Shown piece after piece: positions 38,636 to 52,003 of a stretch of DNA of 64,000 nt; position 1 is the stretch's first letter, and the number at the start of each line of letters is the position of its first letter. The translations under genes and the position numbers were made by a program. The notes below the pieces were generated by a model. It searched no databases. It was not told the DNA's origin and worked only from the letters and a program-made list of their open reading frames with translations. The stretch is from Octopus sinensis (Eukaryota). The stretch spans positions 151,466,001-151,530,000 of the forward strand of contig NC_042999.1 in the NCBI RefSeq assembly GCF_006345805.1. Direction: 5' to 3'.

Positions 38636-38772
38636 GGTACTACTTAAATAAAGAGGTCCTGATGCATCTACATAACGATATACAGGGGAAGTAACCCTAA
38701 CCCTAACCCTAATGAGTGTGCATTATTCAGGACCTCTGTATTTAAGTGGGACTTCTGTATTTAAGTAGTGCT
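38636..38772. mobile_element. 137-bp MITE with 8-bp TSD and (CCCTAA)3
   Basis: TIR GGTACTACTTAAATA / TATTTAAGTAGTGCT; TSD AAATCAAT/GAATCAAT. Confidence 0.7.
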
Positions 38773-38792
38773 GAATCAATCAATGGTTTTAT

Positions 38793-39265
38793 ATCATCAT
38801 CATCGTCATCATCATCGTCTAGTGTCCGCTTTCCATGCTAGCATGGGTTGGACGGTTCAACTGGGGTCTGGGAAGCCAGAAGGCTGCTCCAGGCCCAGTC
38901 TGATCTGGCAATGTTTCTACGGCTGGATGCCCTTCCTAACGCCAACCACTCCGTGAGTGTAGTGGGTGCTTTTTACGTGCCACCGGCACAGGTGCCAGAC
39001 AAGGCTGGCAAATGGTCACGATCGGATGGTGCTTTTTACGTGCCACTGGCACGAGGGCCAGGCGAGGCTGGCAACGGCCATGATCGGATGGTGCTTTTTA
39101 CGTGCCACCGGCACGAGGCCAGTCGGGGCGGCGCTGGCAACGGCCACGGTTGGATGGTTCTCTCACGTATCACCGGCACTGGTATCACAGCTGCAATTTC
39201 CATTGATGTTGATCGATTTTGATTTTCACTTGCCTCAACAGGTCTTCACATGTAGAGTTTTGTGT
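38793..39265 (-). mobile_element. RTE 3'UTR-only insertion with (GAT)n tail
   Basis: Matches 10190-10624. Similar pieces at about 35390-35770, 41700-41950 and 45085-45180. Confidence 0.85.
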
Positions 39266-39429
39266 CTTACATTTACATGAAATCAAGTTTTCTGTTGTTG
39301 TATTGTATTGATTTTTTTGTTTTGTTCAATAAAAACATAGATTCGTATGATAATTTGTGAAGCATCTGATCTCAGGATGCTCCTATGTCTATTTAATTAT
39401 TGAGCTGTCAGATAAATTCATTTGCTTTT

Positions 39430-41695
39430 ATATTACTTATTTTAATCCTTATTTTTCATCTATAGTTTTTAGCAAATCAGTCAATAATATCTTCATTGTT
39501 CGCCACTACTTGCCAGTGTTCTGCTAAATTGTCAATGCCTCAATGGTAGAAATCACTGGATCTTTATATGAAAAATTCATTAAACCACAGTTTCAGCTCT
39601 ACATCACTGTTGAACAAAATGCCTCACACACAGTTGTAAAGTGACTGAAAAAGGAGATAATCCCAAGGTGCTATATCAGAATAATACTGGGTGTGTGATA
39701 GAACACCCGGTTAAACTAAAGCTTTACACCATTCAAAGAAACAAAAAGAAAATGTGTGTAATAGGTGTAAAACAACTTCCTCTGAACGAATACGAAAAAC
39801 AAAATGCGCGCACGCGAAAGGGGAGTGGGAGAGAGGCCTCGGAAAATTCACATCGGGAATTTCCGAAAGTGTCTGAGGGGCTGACCCGGGCACCAAAACG
39901 AAAACAAATAGTGTAATATGTGTAAAATAACTTTGCTCTAAACGAATATGACAAAAAAATGCGCACTCGCGAAAGAGGGGTGGGGGAGAGGCCTCGGAAA
40001 ATTTACATCGGGAATTTCTGAAAGCGTCTGACCCGGGCACAAAAACAAAAACAAAAATAGCGTAATAGGTGTAAAACAACTTGCTCTATACGACTATGAT
40101 GAAAAAAATGCGCGCTCACGAAAGGGGGGTGGGGGAGAGGATTCGGAAATTTCACATCTTCAGTCCACGGCCTTTAAACTAAGAAATAATAGTGTAATTG
40201 GTGTAAAACTACTTGTTCTAAACGATTATCAAGAACACACACTCACACATGAATCATAAACTTCGTATTTTTGTACATATTTCGCAAAAAAAAAAAAATA
40301 AAGAGAAGAAATTCTGGAAAAAGTGAAGAAATGTTGGATCTCCGCCATGTGAATCAAAATACGTGTCAGAAACATCTTGAAATACTACAGAAATTATGTA
40401 ACGAAAATGATAATGTATACATACCTCTTTGAGTGGTCCATCGACAGTGATGATAAAGAAATGAGATGGGTTGCGTTTGGAGGAAAAAATTATCTCGGGC
40501 CAGGATAAAAACTTGCTGCTGCCAAGAGAATACACGTATTCTTATTGGCAGCAGGTTTGATGCTGTTCATAAATAGGAACTTGGTGAGGTATTGCTTTAA
40601 GTAACATGCACGAATGCCTGGGTGAACAACTGATCTCTTAACTGACCCCCACAATCTCTCTATCGTCTGTGTGTGCACCGACACGTTTGTAGGATCAACA
40701 AAATTTTCACTGTGGTTGATGCGGAAGTGGGTATAGCCGAGATTTCCAAGAGAGTTATACGCAGCCCAAGAATTGCTATATACTATGGACCCTTGGCGTA
40801 TATAACACTGGTCAATGAAAGATCAGTCTTTTGTCTAAGGACAGTTGTTTACAAGAACCAACTGTCCTTAGCGGCCTGGACTTGCATAGAACTAGGTACC
40901 AACAATCACAGACGCTTTCGGAAATTCCCAATGTGAATTTTCCGAGGCCTCTCCCCCACTCCCCTTTCACGTGCGCACATTTTTTTTTCATATTCGTTCA
41001 GAGGAAGTTGTTTTACACCTATTACACACATTTTTTCTTGTTTCTTTGAATGGTGTAAGGCTTTAGTTTAACCGAATATCCTAACCAAGTTCTTCAAAAG
41101 CATTTTTTGTCAAGCTCATAACATGGGGGCAAGAGTTGTGTTGAGGAAGCAGGCCATATCAGTGGTTGGATTGTTTCAGCTCGATTGCCTTGTGGTGCTG
41201 GTGCATTTGCTGAAGTTAAGGCTCTGCATTGACAGTGTGGTTGTTTTCAGACATTTTGCAATGGATTAGCCCTTCTCAAACCCATCAAATGCAGATTATC
41301 ATCTTGCATGGATGCCTTGTCAAAGCTCAGCTATTCTTTCTGCTATTTCATTTTGACATAAAGACACCATTCTCATCACTGGTAACAAAGCAGTTAAGAA
41401 ATCTCTATATCCACAATAGCCTGGTGTTGAGCAAACCCACTGGCAGTGACAGAAGAGTGCTGGGGGGTTGTCTCTTTCCTTCAAAGTGTGTGGCACCCAT
41501 ACCCTGAGGTTTTGGACTTTATCCATCGAGTGAAGATGACAGGTGATAATATCATAGGATCATCCCTTCTACTGGGCCAGCTCTTTAATGGATTAGCATG
41601 GATCCTCATAGATATGCTAGTTCAATTGATCCTCATTAAACTGAATGGGTCAACTGGAACACAACAAGTCTGTGAGATCTAATTTTCCCTCTTTT
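39430..41695 (-). mobile_element. Degenerate mariner split by the Merlin insertion
   Basis: WVPHTL motif at 41320-41526. FEELG*DI lies right of the Merlin and continues left of it as VLSHTQYYSDIAPWDYLLF. Confidence 0.75.
39709..41073 (-). mobile_element. Merlin (IS1016/ISXO2-like) DNA transposon, internally deleted
   Basis: ~165-bp TIRs starting GGTTAAACTAAAG; ~130-bp subterminal tandem repeats; transposase remnant NHSENFVDP..VHTQTIERLWGSVK; TSD GAACACCC/GAATATCC. Confidence 0.85.
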
Positions 41696-42396
41696 GAGCC
41701 ATCATCATCATCATCATGGCTTGGGTTGGACAGTTTGACTGGGGACTGGCAAGCCAGGAGGCCACACCAGGCTCCAATCTGATCTGGCAGTGTTTATACA
41801 GCTGTATGCCTTCCTAGTGCCAACCACTCTGAGAGTGTAGTGGATGCTTTTTACATGCCACAGGCATGAGAACCAGTCAGGTGGCACTGGCATCGATCAT
41901 GTTCGGCTGGTGCTCTTTACGTGTTAACAGCACAAGAGCCAGTCAGGGCAGGGAGGGTGGCACAGGGCAGAGAGGCTGGCATGGGGCAGAGAGGCTCATA
42001 TGTGGTGAGGAGACTAGTATGGGGGGGGGGGATAGCATGGAGCGGGGAGGCTGACAGAATGTTAAAACCATTTCTGTGCAGTTCTTTCCATAACAGTACC
42101 TTCTCTGTACACAGTGCAAATGTTTCAAGCAGATTTGGCAGTTTTGGGACCTTGACTGAAAATGAAGAAAAGAAGGTGTTGGTATTCTACTTGGTACTCC
42201 ATTATCATATGTCTAAAACAATAAGATAAACAAATTGTAGATGCAAAATAGAGCTATTAAAGCCCCTAAAACAATACAATAAAGATATTTTTTTGTGTTG
42301 ATTTAAATGTCATAGGACAAACTTATCTAACTACCCAATAAATTATTCATTATAATCTCAATGTTACCTGTAATGTTTTTCTTTCAATATCAACAG

Positions 42397-42744
42397 CTTT
42401 TAGAACGCATATGGCACCGTTTACAAATACGTGGTATATTGAATCAAAAGTTCAGTTTTCCATTAACCCCTGAAGAGGCTCAAACTATAAAACAAGATGA
42501 TTTTTATAAGATGTTAAACACATATCTAGAGAAATCTCAGATGAATCCAAGCACTGTTAACAACAGACATGAATCTATCAATGAAGCTTTTAGCACAGTA
42601 CCTTTAGATATATTGGAAAAACTGCAGTCAGTTATGGAAATGGATTGTAAACTCTTTGGATATGACACTCAACCAGATTTTGTATTTAAAGCAAAAAATT
42701 ATGTGAACAAAAGTTTTAAATATTTTAATGAAATAAACAATTAA
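42397..42744 (+). CDS. Carbohydrate sulfotransferase, last coding exon
   Basis: Acceptor CAACAG (phase 0). Reads LLERIWHRLQIRG...MDCKLFGY (family C-terminal D-x-x-LFGY) to TAA. Confidence 0.88.
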   Translation, partial: LLERIWHRLQIRGILNQKFSFPLTPEEAQTIKQDDFYKMLNTYLEKSQMNPSTVNNRHESINEAFSTVPLDILEKLQSVMEMDCKLFGYDTQPDFVFKAKNYVNKSFKYFNEINN

Positions 42745-43519
42745 ATTTCACTTATAATATCCAAGACATGTTTTTGTTTATTTATTTAAGTACCACAGAT
42801 TGCAGAATCAATGGAGTTTTGGGGGAGATGCTCTGCAATATTAATTTACAATGTTTTATATTCTGAGATAGATCAAATCTAGTTTTATCAACTGTATGTT
42901 GTATCACAACAGAATGTGTCAAAGATGTATGTAAAAGTGGATACTGTTGGCCAAAGATACACAATGAAAACTAACACAGTTAGACAAAATCAACTACCAT
43001 AACACAAGAGGTAAAATACCTCTCAAACGTTTGACAACATATTTTATTAAGAAAGGGTTACACATGTTAACATATATACAATATCAAATCTTCACTAGTT
43101 ACAAGAATATTATGTAGGGACGACTTAACTGCTCATGCTTGGACAGAATTTGAACTCACACTGTAAAGACAGACAAAACACTGCCAAGCAATTTGCCTGA
43201 CATGCTAAAACTTTTGCCAGTTAATCATCTTACAGTATTTTAAATATTTATGACTAAAACACTGAATGTTCCAACCAACGCCCCACGAAGAAACTTTTCC
43301 TGGATTCAAATGAAGGAGGTCTCAATGTGATCGTTGTACATGCATTGTACTTAGTGTTGGGAAATATAGCCACTATATGATTTTCACCATTTCTGGAGTA
43401 GAATAGCTGTAAATTACAGCATATGTAATATTGGCGACATAGAATCTAGGGGAAAGGTAGTGGGTTGTGGTTAGAAATTAGAAGTTATAGATTTATGTAA
43501 CCAGTTTAAAGTATGCAAA

Positions 43520-43860
43520 TACATGATGAACTTGGTGATGACACATCATCCTAAGCTCTGATTTACTAGTTAGTAAGTTATCCTTATGCTTTAATATTTC
43601 TTTGAGCTTAGTGCAGCATAATTTGTATGTTCCAATAATGCTCCACGTAATTTCAAATTAAATGTAATTGTCTTTTAATTGCTACATTTTCGAAGATAAT
43701 GAAGTGCTAGTGGCCTTATGTTTGTGTTTAAATGAGGATAAATGATTATGTAATCTTATTTTGAAGTCACATGATTTGCTGCCTATGTCGGTGAAGGTGT
43801 TAGTACTGTTATTGTTTATTCTTTGCTTAACTTGGAACCTGCAATTCGGTTGGATCTGGG
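43520..43860 (-). mobile_element. Penelope-like GIY-YIG endonuclease remnant
   Basis: IGSKSCDFKIRLHNHLSSFKH..STSLSSK followed by degenerate ITWSII and KSEL..CHH. Confidence 0.65.
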
Positions 43861-44094
43861 GTATATAGATGGCGGTGCAGTAGGTGCAGTGAGCATACCC
43901 ATGTGTGACCCTCACAACTCCTGTATTCAGTCAGTCACTTGTGAATATATGCATAACTGGAGAACAAATTTGTGTTTACTTTAGTGACTACGTATTTGTC
44001 ATTATACACTGCTTTTACACAGTGGCACTATCACCGACTCTACCTTGGTGCTTTCACTACTTAAATACCTGATTCTCTCGAATCATGGAAATTA

Positions 44095-44130
44095 CATATA
44101 CATATATATATATATATATACATACATACA

Positions 44131-44161
<31 letters not shown>

Positions 44162-44175
44162 CATATATACAGACA

Positions 44176-44225
<50 letters not shown>

Positions 44226-44242
44226 CATATATATATATATAT

Positions 44243-44330
<88 letters not shown>

Positions 44331-44351
44331 TTATATATACATATATGTATG

Positions 44352-44386
<35 letters not shown>

Positions 44387-44398
44387 ATACATATATAA

Positions 44399-44440
<42 letters not shown>

Positions 44441-44450
44441 ACATATATAT
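44095..44450. repeat. Long compound (TA)n/(TACA)n microsatellite
   Basis: Direct inspection. Confidence 0.95.
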
Positions 44451-44451
44451 G

Positions 44452-45080
44452 CAGTGGTGGGCATAAGTCCAGTAATCCGTTAATCATTAATTAACGATGT
44501 TAACATTTTCATTAACGATTTAACTTTTTAAGTTAACTTCGAAAATAATTATTGGACTAATTAACTTCTGTTACATTTAGATTCTGTTAACTCAAGTCCA
44601 TTAACTAAAAAAAATTCATAAAACCCGGTAAACATTTAAAAGTTTTTATTGTTTTCAGATTGTCTTAGCATATTTAATATTGCATGCGTCATTTGTTCAA
44701 ACCCCAATATAACACCACTTATTATTATAAATAACTTGTAGGACCTTGTTTGATCCCGCTTGGATTTGAGCAACTCCAAAGATCTACTAACAGATGCTGC
44801 CTTCTAGAGTGAGCAAGTTTTGCTGGACTTGTTCATCAAGTTCAACACAGCAGTCCCTTCAAGTTGAATGTTTATTTGCCATGGGCAAGGACATATTGAG
44901 TGCCAAGCGATCGTCCTTGTCTGACGAAAATTTTAGCATGTTAATTTTCATGCAGGGCAACATGAATCTCTTTAACAAAATGGAAAAGAAGAGGAAAAAT
45001 TAAATTATGTATATATCGTGTTTTTAATTATTTTATTTATTTGTTTCGACCACTTTATCAATAAATTTTTTTTAGATTAA
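44452..45080 (+). mobile_element. hAT transposon remnant
   Basis: Starts CAGTGGTGGGCA; hATC dimerisation-like VECLFAMGKDILSAKRSSLSDENFSMLIFMQGN. Confidence 0.7.
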
Positions 45081-45344
45081 TACCATGAGGCCTGGTGCAG
45101 CCTCCTGGCTTCCCAGACCTCAGTCGAACCGTTCAACTGATGCCAGCATGGAAAACAGACGTTAAACGATGATGATATTGATGATTATGTTTCATTTGAG
45201 GTTTTTTAAAAACCCTTTTCTGGTCTAAAATCTTTTAAAAACCTAAAATAAGGGCTAAAACAACGAAAGCAGCAGTTTTTAAGCCCTTCAAAATTTAAAA
45301 CTATAAAATCAGCATTTTTTAACACTAAAGCAATATATACATAC

Positions 45345-45420
<76 letters not shown>

Positions 45421-45438
45421 ATATGTGTGTGTGTGTGT

Positions 45439-46236
45439 ATCATCATCATCATTTAACGTCCGTTTTCCATGCTGGCATGGTTGGACGGTTCGACCGGGGT
45501 CTGGAAGCCATGGAGGCTGCACCAGGCTCTAGTCTGATATGGCAGTGTTTCTACAGCTTGATGCCCTTCCTAACACCAACCACTCCGTGAGTGTAGTGGG
45601 TGTTTTTTACGTGCCACCGGCACAGGGGCCGGAGCAGGTTGGCAAATGGCCACGATTGGTTGGTGCTTTTACGTGTCACTGACACAGACGCCAGCCTGGC
45701 GATGCTAGCATCTGCCACGTTCGGACGGTGCTTTTTACGTGTCACCGGCATACGTGTCTTAACTACAATTTCCATTTGAATTTTTATTTTGATGTTGACG
45801 TACTTGACTCAACAGGTCTCCTCAAGAACAACGGGTCACTCTACGATCTAAGGTTAGCACAGCAGGCCGTCCTGTGAGCCATGAACTCACTTCATTTGTC
45901 GTGTCTTCGAAGTCACAGCATATCTCCAGAGGTCTCGGTCTTTCGTCATAGCCTCTGTGAGACTCAGAGTACGAAGGTCATGCTTGACCACCTCATCCCA
46001 TGTCATCCTGGGTCTACCTCTACCCCGGATTCCTTCAACAGTTTGGGAGTGGCACTTCTTCACACATCTCTCCTCATCCATCCGTAGTACATGACCATAC
46101 CAACGCAATCGTCTCTCCTGCACACTGCATCCAATCCTTCTTATGCCCAACATTTCTCTCAGGGCGCTTACACTCTGTCGTGCATGGACACTGACATTAC
46201 ACATCCAGCGGATCATGCTAGCTTCATTTCTTTCAA
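45439..46236 (-). mobile_element. 5'-truncated RTE LINE
   Basis: ERNEASMIRWMC..RLRWYGHV..GRPRMTWDEVV plus 3'UTR and tail. Confidence 0.88.
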
Positions 46237-46315
46237 GCCTATATGTGACCTCGTGAGCACCGCCAGCAATTTTTTTCCCTCTGTCTTCCCTTCTCGGGAT
46301 CTTTCCTTCTCCTTT

Positions 46316-46350
46316 GTTTCCGATGAAGAGCTGCACTCAAAATGTTAAAC
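46316..46350 (+). ncRNA. Degenerate minimal hammerhead remnant
   Basis: GTTT CCGATGA A GAG-CTGCA-CTC AAAA TGTT AAAC; core mutated. Confidence 0.4.
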
Positions 46351-46451
46351 CATCCTTCTTCCCTAAGCGTCCAATAATACTTTATTTGTTCCACGTCCTC
46401 GCGTTGCTGTGTTTTTTGTGTTTTCTTGTTTGGATTAACTTTATATATATA

Positions 46452-46490
<39 letters not shown>

Positions 46491-47249
46491 TTTTGTGTTC
46501 TAAAGCCCCACAAAAGGTCAAAAAAGCTGATTTTATAGTTTTGGCACTTTTTAACCCTTTAGTGCAGTGGTTCCCAAAGTAGGCAGGATTGCAGCCCACC
46601 CCCTGGAGGCAGAGGAAGGTTCCAAGAGGGTGTTGAAGAAAAGTGGGGTGATAATGGGATAGCTATTTATGTAAAAACAACAAAATAATGGTTTCATTTG
46701 TGAAATACAGCTGCTTTGAATTTGTTTCAGGAAGAGGTCTACGTTTGTGGTGGTTAGTTGGGGTAGGGACTCTAGGAATGTGGCCTGAGTGGTAACGGGG
46801 CAGCAGTCCGAAAAAGTTTTGGAACCATTTTAGTGTTTAAACCGACCAAAACCCGTTGTATCTAATTCCCCTACGAAATATTTTGAAAGAATAAACAAAT
46901 CACGTTAGTGAATTCTCGTAACTTCGAGATAATGTGAGGGCTTGTCTTCCAAAAAGCACAGAACTGGAAGAAAAGCAAAATTAACTGAGGTGGATGTCAA
47001 CAGAGAAAATATTGTCTTCCATAAAATGGAAAAAATAAATGGAAGGAAAAAAGTTGGTAAATATTTCAGTGTGAACGCAAATAGCTGTTACATTGATATT
47101 GTTCATGAGGGAAAAAATAATGTAAAACAATGTAATCATCTCGTCAGGGAAAAAAGAGCAACAAATCACATCAATAAGCCATTTTAACCAAATGTGATTA
47201 CTGCATATATGATGACGGGAACACTGGCAAATATATATGTGTGTGTGTG

Positions 47250-47321
<72 letters not shown>

Positions 47322-47604
47322 AAATAAAAAAATGGAGGAATAAATTTCTTTCAATCATCAACTACTAGATAATACCAATTCATATAATTTATTAACTAAT
47401 TATTTAGGAACATATAATGCAGAATAAAGCAGTACACATCAAAAAGTAAGATAATACCATAAGAACAATAGATATAAATATAAAATGGATCTTACAGCTG
47501 TTTCAGCCTGTAGATAAGAGTATCTCATTATGCTCATATTAGTCAGATGTATTGAGGTAATACGCAGTTATAAATGAGTTACACTCATAACGCCTATCTC
47601 ACTT

Positions 47605-47740
<136 letters not shown>

Positions 47741-48206
47741 TAGGCGTAGGAGTGGCTGTATGGTAAGTAGCTTGCTTACGAACAACATCGTTCCGGATTC
47801 AGTCCCTACTATAGCCTCGGGCCGACCAAAGTCTTGTGAGTGGATTTGGTAGATGGAAACTGAAAGTACCCCGTCGTATATATGTATATGTGTGTGTGTG
47901 TGAGTGTATATGTTTGTGTGTCTGTGTTTGTCGCACCAACATCGCTTGACAACCGATGCTGGTGTATTTACGTTCCCGTAACTTAGCGGTTCGGCAAAAG
48001 AGACTGCTAGAATAAGTACTAGGCTTACAAAGAATAAGTCCTAGGGTCGATTTGCTCGAATAAAAGGCGGTGCTCCAGCATGGCCACAGTCACATGACTG
48101 AAACAAGTGAAAGAGATATATATAAAACCAAGGTTCCAAGTAAAAAGCAATGGTATTGATGCTGATGCCATGCAAAAAGCATTGCTTCTGGTTCCGTGTA
48201 AAAAGC

Positions 48207-48602
48207 AAATACCTATTTCTTTACTACCCACAAGGGGCTAAACACAGAGAGGACAAACAAGGACAGACAAACGGATTAAGTCGATTATATCGACCCCAGT
48301 GCGTAACTGATACTTATTTAATCGACCCCGAAAGGATGAAAGGCAAAGTCGGAATTTGAACTCAGAACGTAACGGCAGACGAAATACCTATTTCTTTACT
48401 ACCCACAAGGGGTTAAACACAGAGAGGACAAACAAGGACAGACAAACGGATTAAGTCGATTATATCGACCCAAGTGCGTAACTGGTACTTAATTAATCGA
48501 CCCCGAAAGGATGAAAGGCAGAGTCGACCTCGGCGGAATTTGAACTCAGAACGTAACGGCTAAGCCTTTCGTCCGGCGTGCTAACGATTCTGCCAGTTCG
48601 CC
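48207..48602 (-). mobile_element. Second SINE family, with a ~175-bp internal tandem duplication
   Basis: Core GAGTTCAAATTCCGCCGAGGTCGACT.TGCCTTTCATCCTTTCGGGGTCGAT; other copies at about 4455-4760, 57195-57412, 60085-60295 and 62305-62520. Confidence 0.8.
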
Positions 48603-48816
48603 TTCATCTACCAAAATAACGAAATATTTACGAACCAATCTACTAGAAAAATCAGCCAGATTGTGTCAAATCATATCCCGTTGTTTATAAAATGAAACGA
48701 ATGTCTCAGTTATCGAAAAGACGAGAGGGTCACGTTTGGAACGCCTATTACTATGGATCTGCATAATCAGATCTGACATGTAGCTACACAACAAATGGAT
48801 TACCGTTGGTTTAAGT

Positions 48817-49416
48817 CAGTGGTTCCACAAACATTTTCAGTCTGCCGCCCCTTAGTACCCAGGCCACGATCCTAGTGTCCCGCACTACTCACCACCGCAA
48901 GCATGTGCAGGCACATAGCCTAGTGGTTAGAGCAGCGGACTCGCGGTCGAGGGATCGCGGGTTCGAATCTCAGACAGAGCGATGTGTGTGTTTATGAGCG
49001 AAACACCTAAGCTCCACGCGGCTCCAGCAGAAGGTAATGGCGAACTTTCGCTGACTCTTTGGCCCCAACTTTCTCTCACTCTTTCCTCCTGCACCTTGCA
49101 GCTCGCCTGCGATGGACCGGCGTCCCGTCCAGGTGGGGAACCTATACACCAAGAAAACATGGGAAACCGGCCCTAATGAGCCAGGCATTGCTCGAGAAAG
49201 AAAAAACAGCCGCAAGCATAGACCATTTTTTGCCTCAAATTCAAAACATCTGTATTCTGTAAATAAAACATAACCTAGTTTAACTCATTATTTTGTTGTT
49301 TTTACTTCCATTGCCCCCTTTTGACCATCCTATTATCATCCCCACTTTTTTTCAGCGCTCCGCTGGATCTTTCCACTGCCCCAGAGGAGCAGTACCGCCC
49401 ACTTTGGGAACCACTG
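48817..49416. mobile_element. hAT (Charlie-like) MITE containing a tRNA-derived SINE
   Basis: CAGTGGTTCC...GGAACCACTG; TSD GTTTAAGT/ATTTAAGT. A related element lies at about 46565-46830. Confidence 0.8.
48905..49209 (+). mobile_element. Young tRNA-derived SINE
   Basis: A box TAGCCTAGTGG, B box GGTTCGAATC, perfect 10-bp TSD CCGCAAGCAT, CpG-rich. Confidence 0.85.
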
Positions 49417-50294
49417 ATTTAAGTGAATACGCATGAACGATAATTGTTGCACTTATACAGAAATTGTTTGGAATATAATAACATTACCGTTCAATATTAT
49501 TATTAAATTAGTCAGCTTTTCCCATCAGTAACGAACTAATTAAATTTACTCTGATACCATCTTAGTATAACCATTTGCGGATAGCACATTTGAACTGAAT
49601 TTATGGGAGATAACACAATGTAATTTAAAATTACCTGAGAGTTGTTTCCCTTAGATTCTTAATTCTCAGAGTTTTCTCCCTTACATTTTTTAATTCTCAG
49701 AGGTTTCCCCCATTTAAAAAAAAAATTTAACTTGCCTCTTTTACTTGTTTCTGTCATTTGACTGCGGCCATTGTGGAGCTCCGCCTTTAGTCGAGCAAAT
49801 CAACCCTAGGACTTATTCTTTGTAAGCCTAGTACTTATTACTTTGGTTACTTTAGCCGAACCGCTAAGTTACGGGGACGTAATCACACCAGCATCGGTTG
49901 CCAAGCGATGTTGGGGGGAGGACAAACACAGACGCATAAACACACACACACACACATATATATACACATATATACGACGGGCTTCTTTCAGTTTCCGTCT
50001 ACCAAATCTACTCACAAGGCTTTGGTTGGCCCGAGGCTTATAGTAGAAGACACTCGTCCAAAGGGCCACGCAGTGGGACTGCGCCCGGAACAATGGGGTT
50101 GGTAAGCAAGCTACTTACCACACAACCACTCCTACCTGAGTATGTTATTTTAAAACATTACGAAAGACTTTGTACTCCCCACTGTAATATACGTATGGTG
50201 AGTCATAGTATCGTTAATGATCACTTCAAAGTACAATAAGTGAAGTCAGTACATCATATATATGCACGGGAAAGAAAGGGGGAGAAAGAAGTGG

Positions 50295-51640
50295 TGGTGG
50301 TTGGCTTGTTGAGTGTAAGCTGGTTGACCTACTAGTTGAGTGTAAAGTGACTGACCAGTTGAGTGTGAGCTGGCTGAGCAGTTGAGTGTAAGGAAGTTGA
50401 CCTGTTCAGCATGAGCTGATTGAACAATTGAGTGTAAGGTGGTTGGCTTGTTGAGTGTAAGCTAGCTGAGCAGTTGAGTGTAAGCAAGTTGATCTGGTGA
50501 GCATGAGCTGGTTGAACAGTAGAGTGTAAGGTGGTTGGCTTGTTGAGTGTGAACTGATTGACCTACAAGTTGAGTGTAAAGTGACTAACCAGTTGAGTGT
50601 GAGATGGCTGAGCTGTTGACCTGTTGAGTATATGCTCATACTCAACAGGTCAACTTCTTTATGCTCAACTTCATAAGTCAGTCAACTAGTCAGTCACTTC
50701 ACACTGACTAGTTGAGTATGAGCTGGTTGAAAGTTGAGTGTAAGGTAGTTGGTTTGTTGAGAGTAAGCTGATTGACCTACTAGTTGAGTGTAAGTGATTG
50801 ACCAGTTGAGTGTAAGTTAGCTGAGCAGTTCAGTGTAAGGAAGTTGACCTGTTGAGTATGAGCTGGCTGAGCAGTTGAATGTAAGGTAGTTGGCTTGCTG
50901 AGTGTGAACTGATTGACCTACAAGTAGAGTTTAAAGTGACTGACCAGTTGAGTGTGAGCTGGTCGAGCAGTTGACCTGTTGAGTATGAGCTCATACTCAA
51001 CAGGTCAGCTTCCTTACGCTCAACTGCTGATTGACATACTAGTTGAGTGTAGAGTGACTGATAAGCTGAGTATGAGCTGGTTGAACAGTTGAGTGTAAGG
51101 TGGTTGGCTTGTTGAGTGTAAGCTGGTTGACGCACTAGTTAGGTGTAAGTGATTGACCAGTTAAGTGTAAGCTGGCTGAGCAGTTCACTGTAAGGAAGTT
51201 GACCTGTTGGGTATGAGCTAGTTGTACAGTTGAGTGTAAGGTTGTTGACTTGTTGAGTGTGAGCTGGTTGACTCACTAGTTGAGTTTAAAGTGACTGACT
51301 AGTTGAGTGTGAGCTGGCTGAGCAGTTGACCTACAAGTAGAGTTTAAAGTGACTGACCAGTTGAGTGTGAGCTGGCTGAGCAGTTGACCTGTTGAGTATG
51401 AGCTTATACTCAACATGTCAACTTTGTTACACTCAACTGCTGATTGACATACTAGTTGAGTGTAAAGTGACTGATCAGTTGAGTATGAGCTGGTTGACCA
51501 GTTGAGTATCATTGACTGTCATTGACCAGTTGAGTATGAGGTGTGGTCAGTTGAATGTAAGATGGTTTGTAATTGAATCGTAGGTAATTGACCTGCAGAG
51601 TATATGCTGCTTGACTAGTTGAGTGTAAGAGTATTCACCA
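50295..51640. repeat. Minisatellite of ~22-nt AGTTGAGTGTAAGCTGGTTGAC-like units with embedded palindromes
   Basis: Dozens of GTTGAGT cores; inverted blocks near 50615-50720, 50970-51045 and 51385-51460. Confidence 0.9.
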
Positions 51641-51769
51641 GTTGAGGTTAAGGTGAGAAAGTCATCTGGAAAGGCATGGCTGGTAACTGTCTCATTGTAC
51701 CCACATGACTGATGAATAATGATTAATGGAAGAAAATTAGGAAGTTTGAACAATTAGATTAAGAATTAT

Positions 51770-51913
51770 TATGGAGAGAAAGAGAAGGATTAAGTAATGA
51801 AGAAAGAGAGTAAGGGAGGCAGAGATGGAATGGAAAGAAAAGAAGGGAAAAATTAGGAAACAAAGAAATAGGGAAAAGGTGAAAGAAAAGAAGGAAACTA
51901 GAGGAAGGAAGGA

Positions 51914-52003
<90 letters not shown>

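Noticed and set aside
47487-47515. GAAA-CAGCTG-TA-AGATCC half hammerhead on - strand
   Set aside because: No matching CUGANGA half before the (TA)n truncation.
48910-48976. tRNA gene candidate
   Set aside because: Continues into a SINE body with a 10-bp TSD; no clean acceptor stem or terminator.
50295-51640. CRISPR-like periodicity
   Set aside because: Units are contiguous and degenerate, with no unique spacers or cas genes, in a eukaryotic context.
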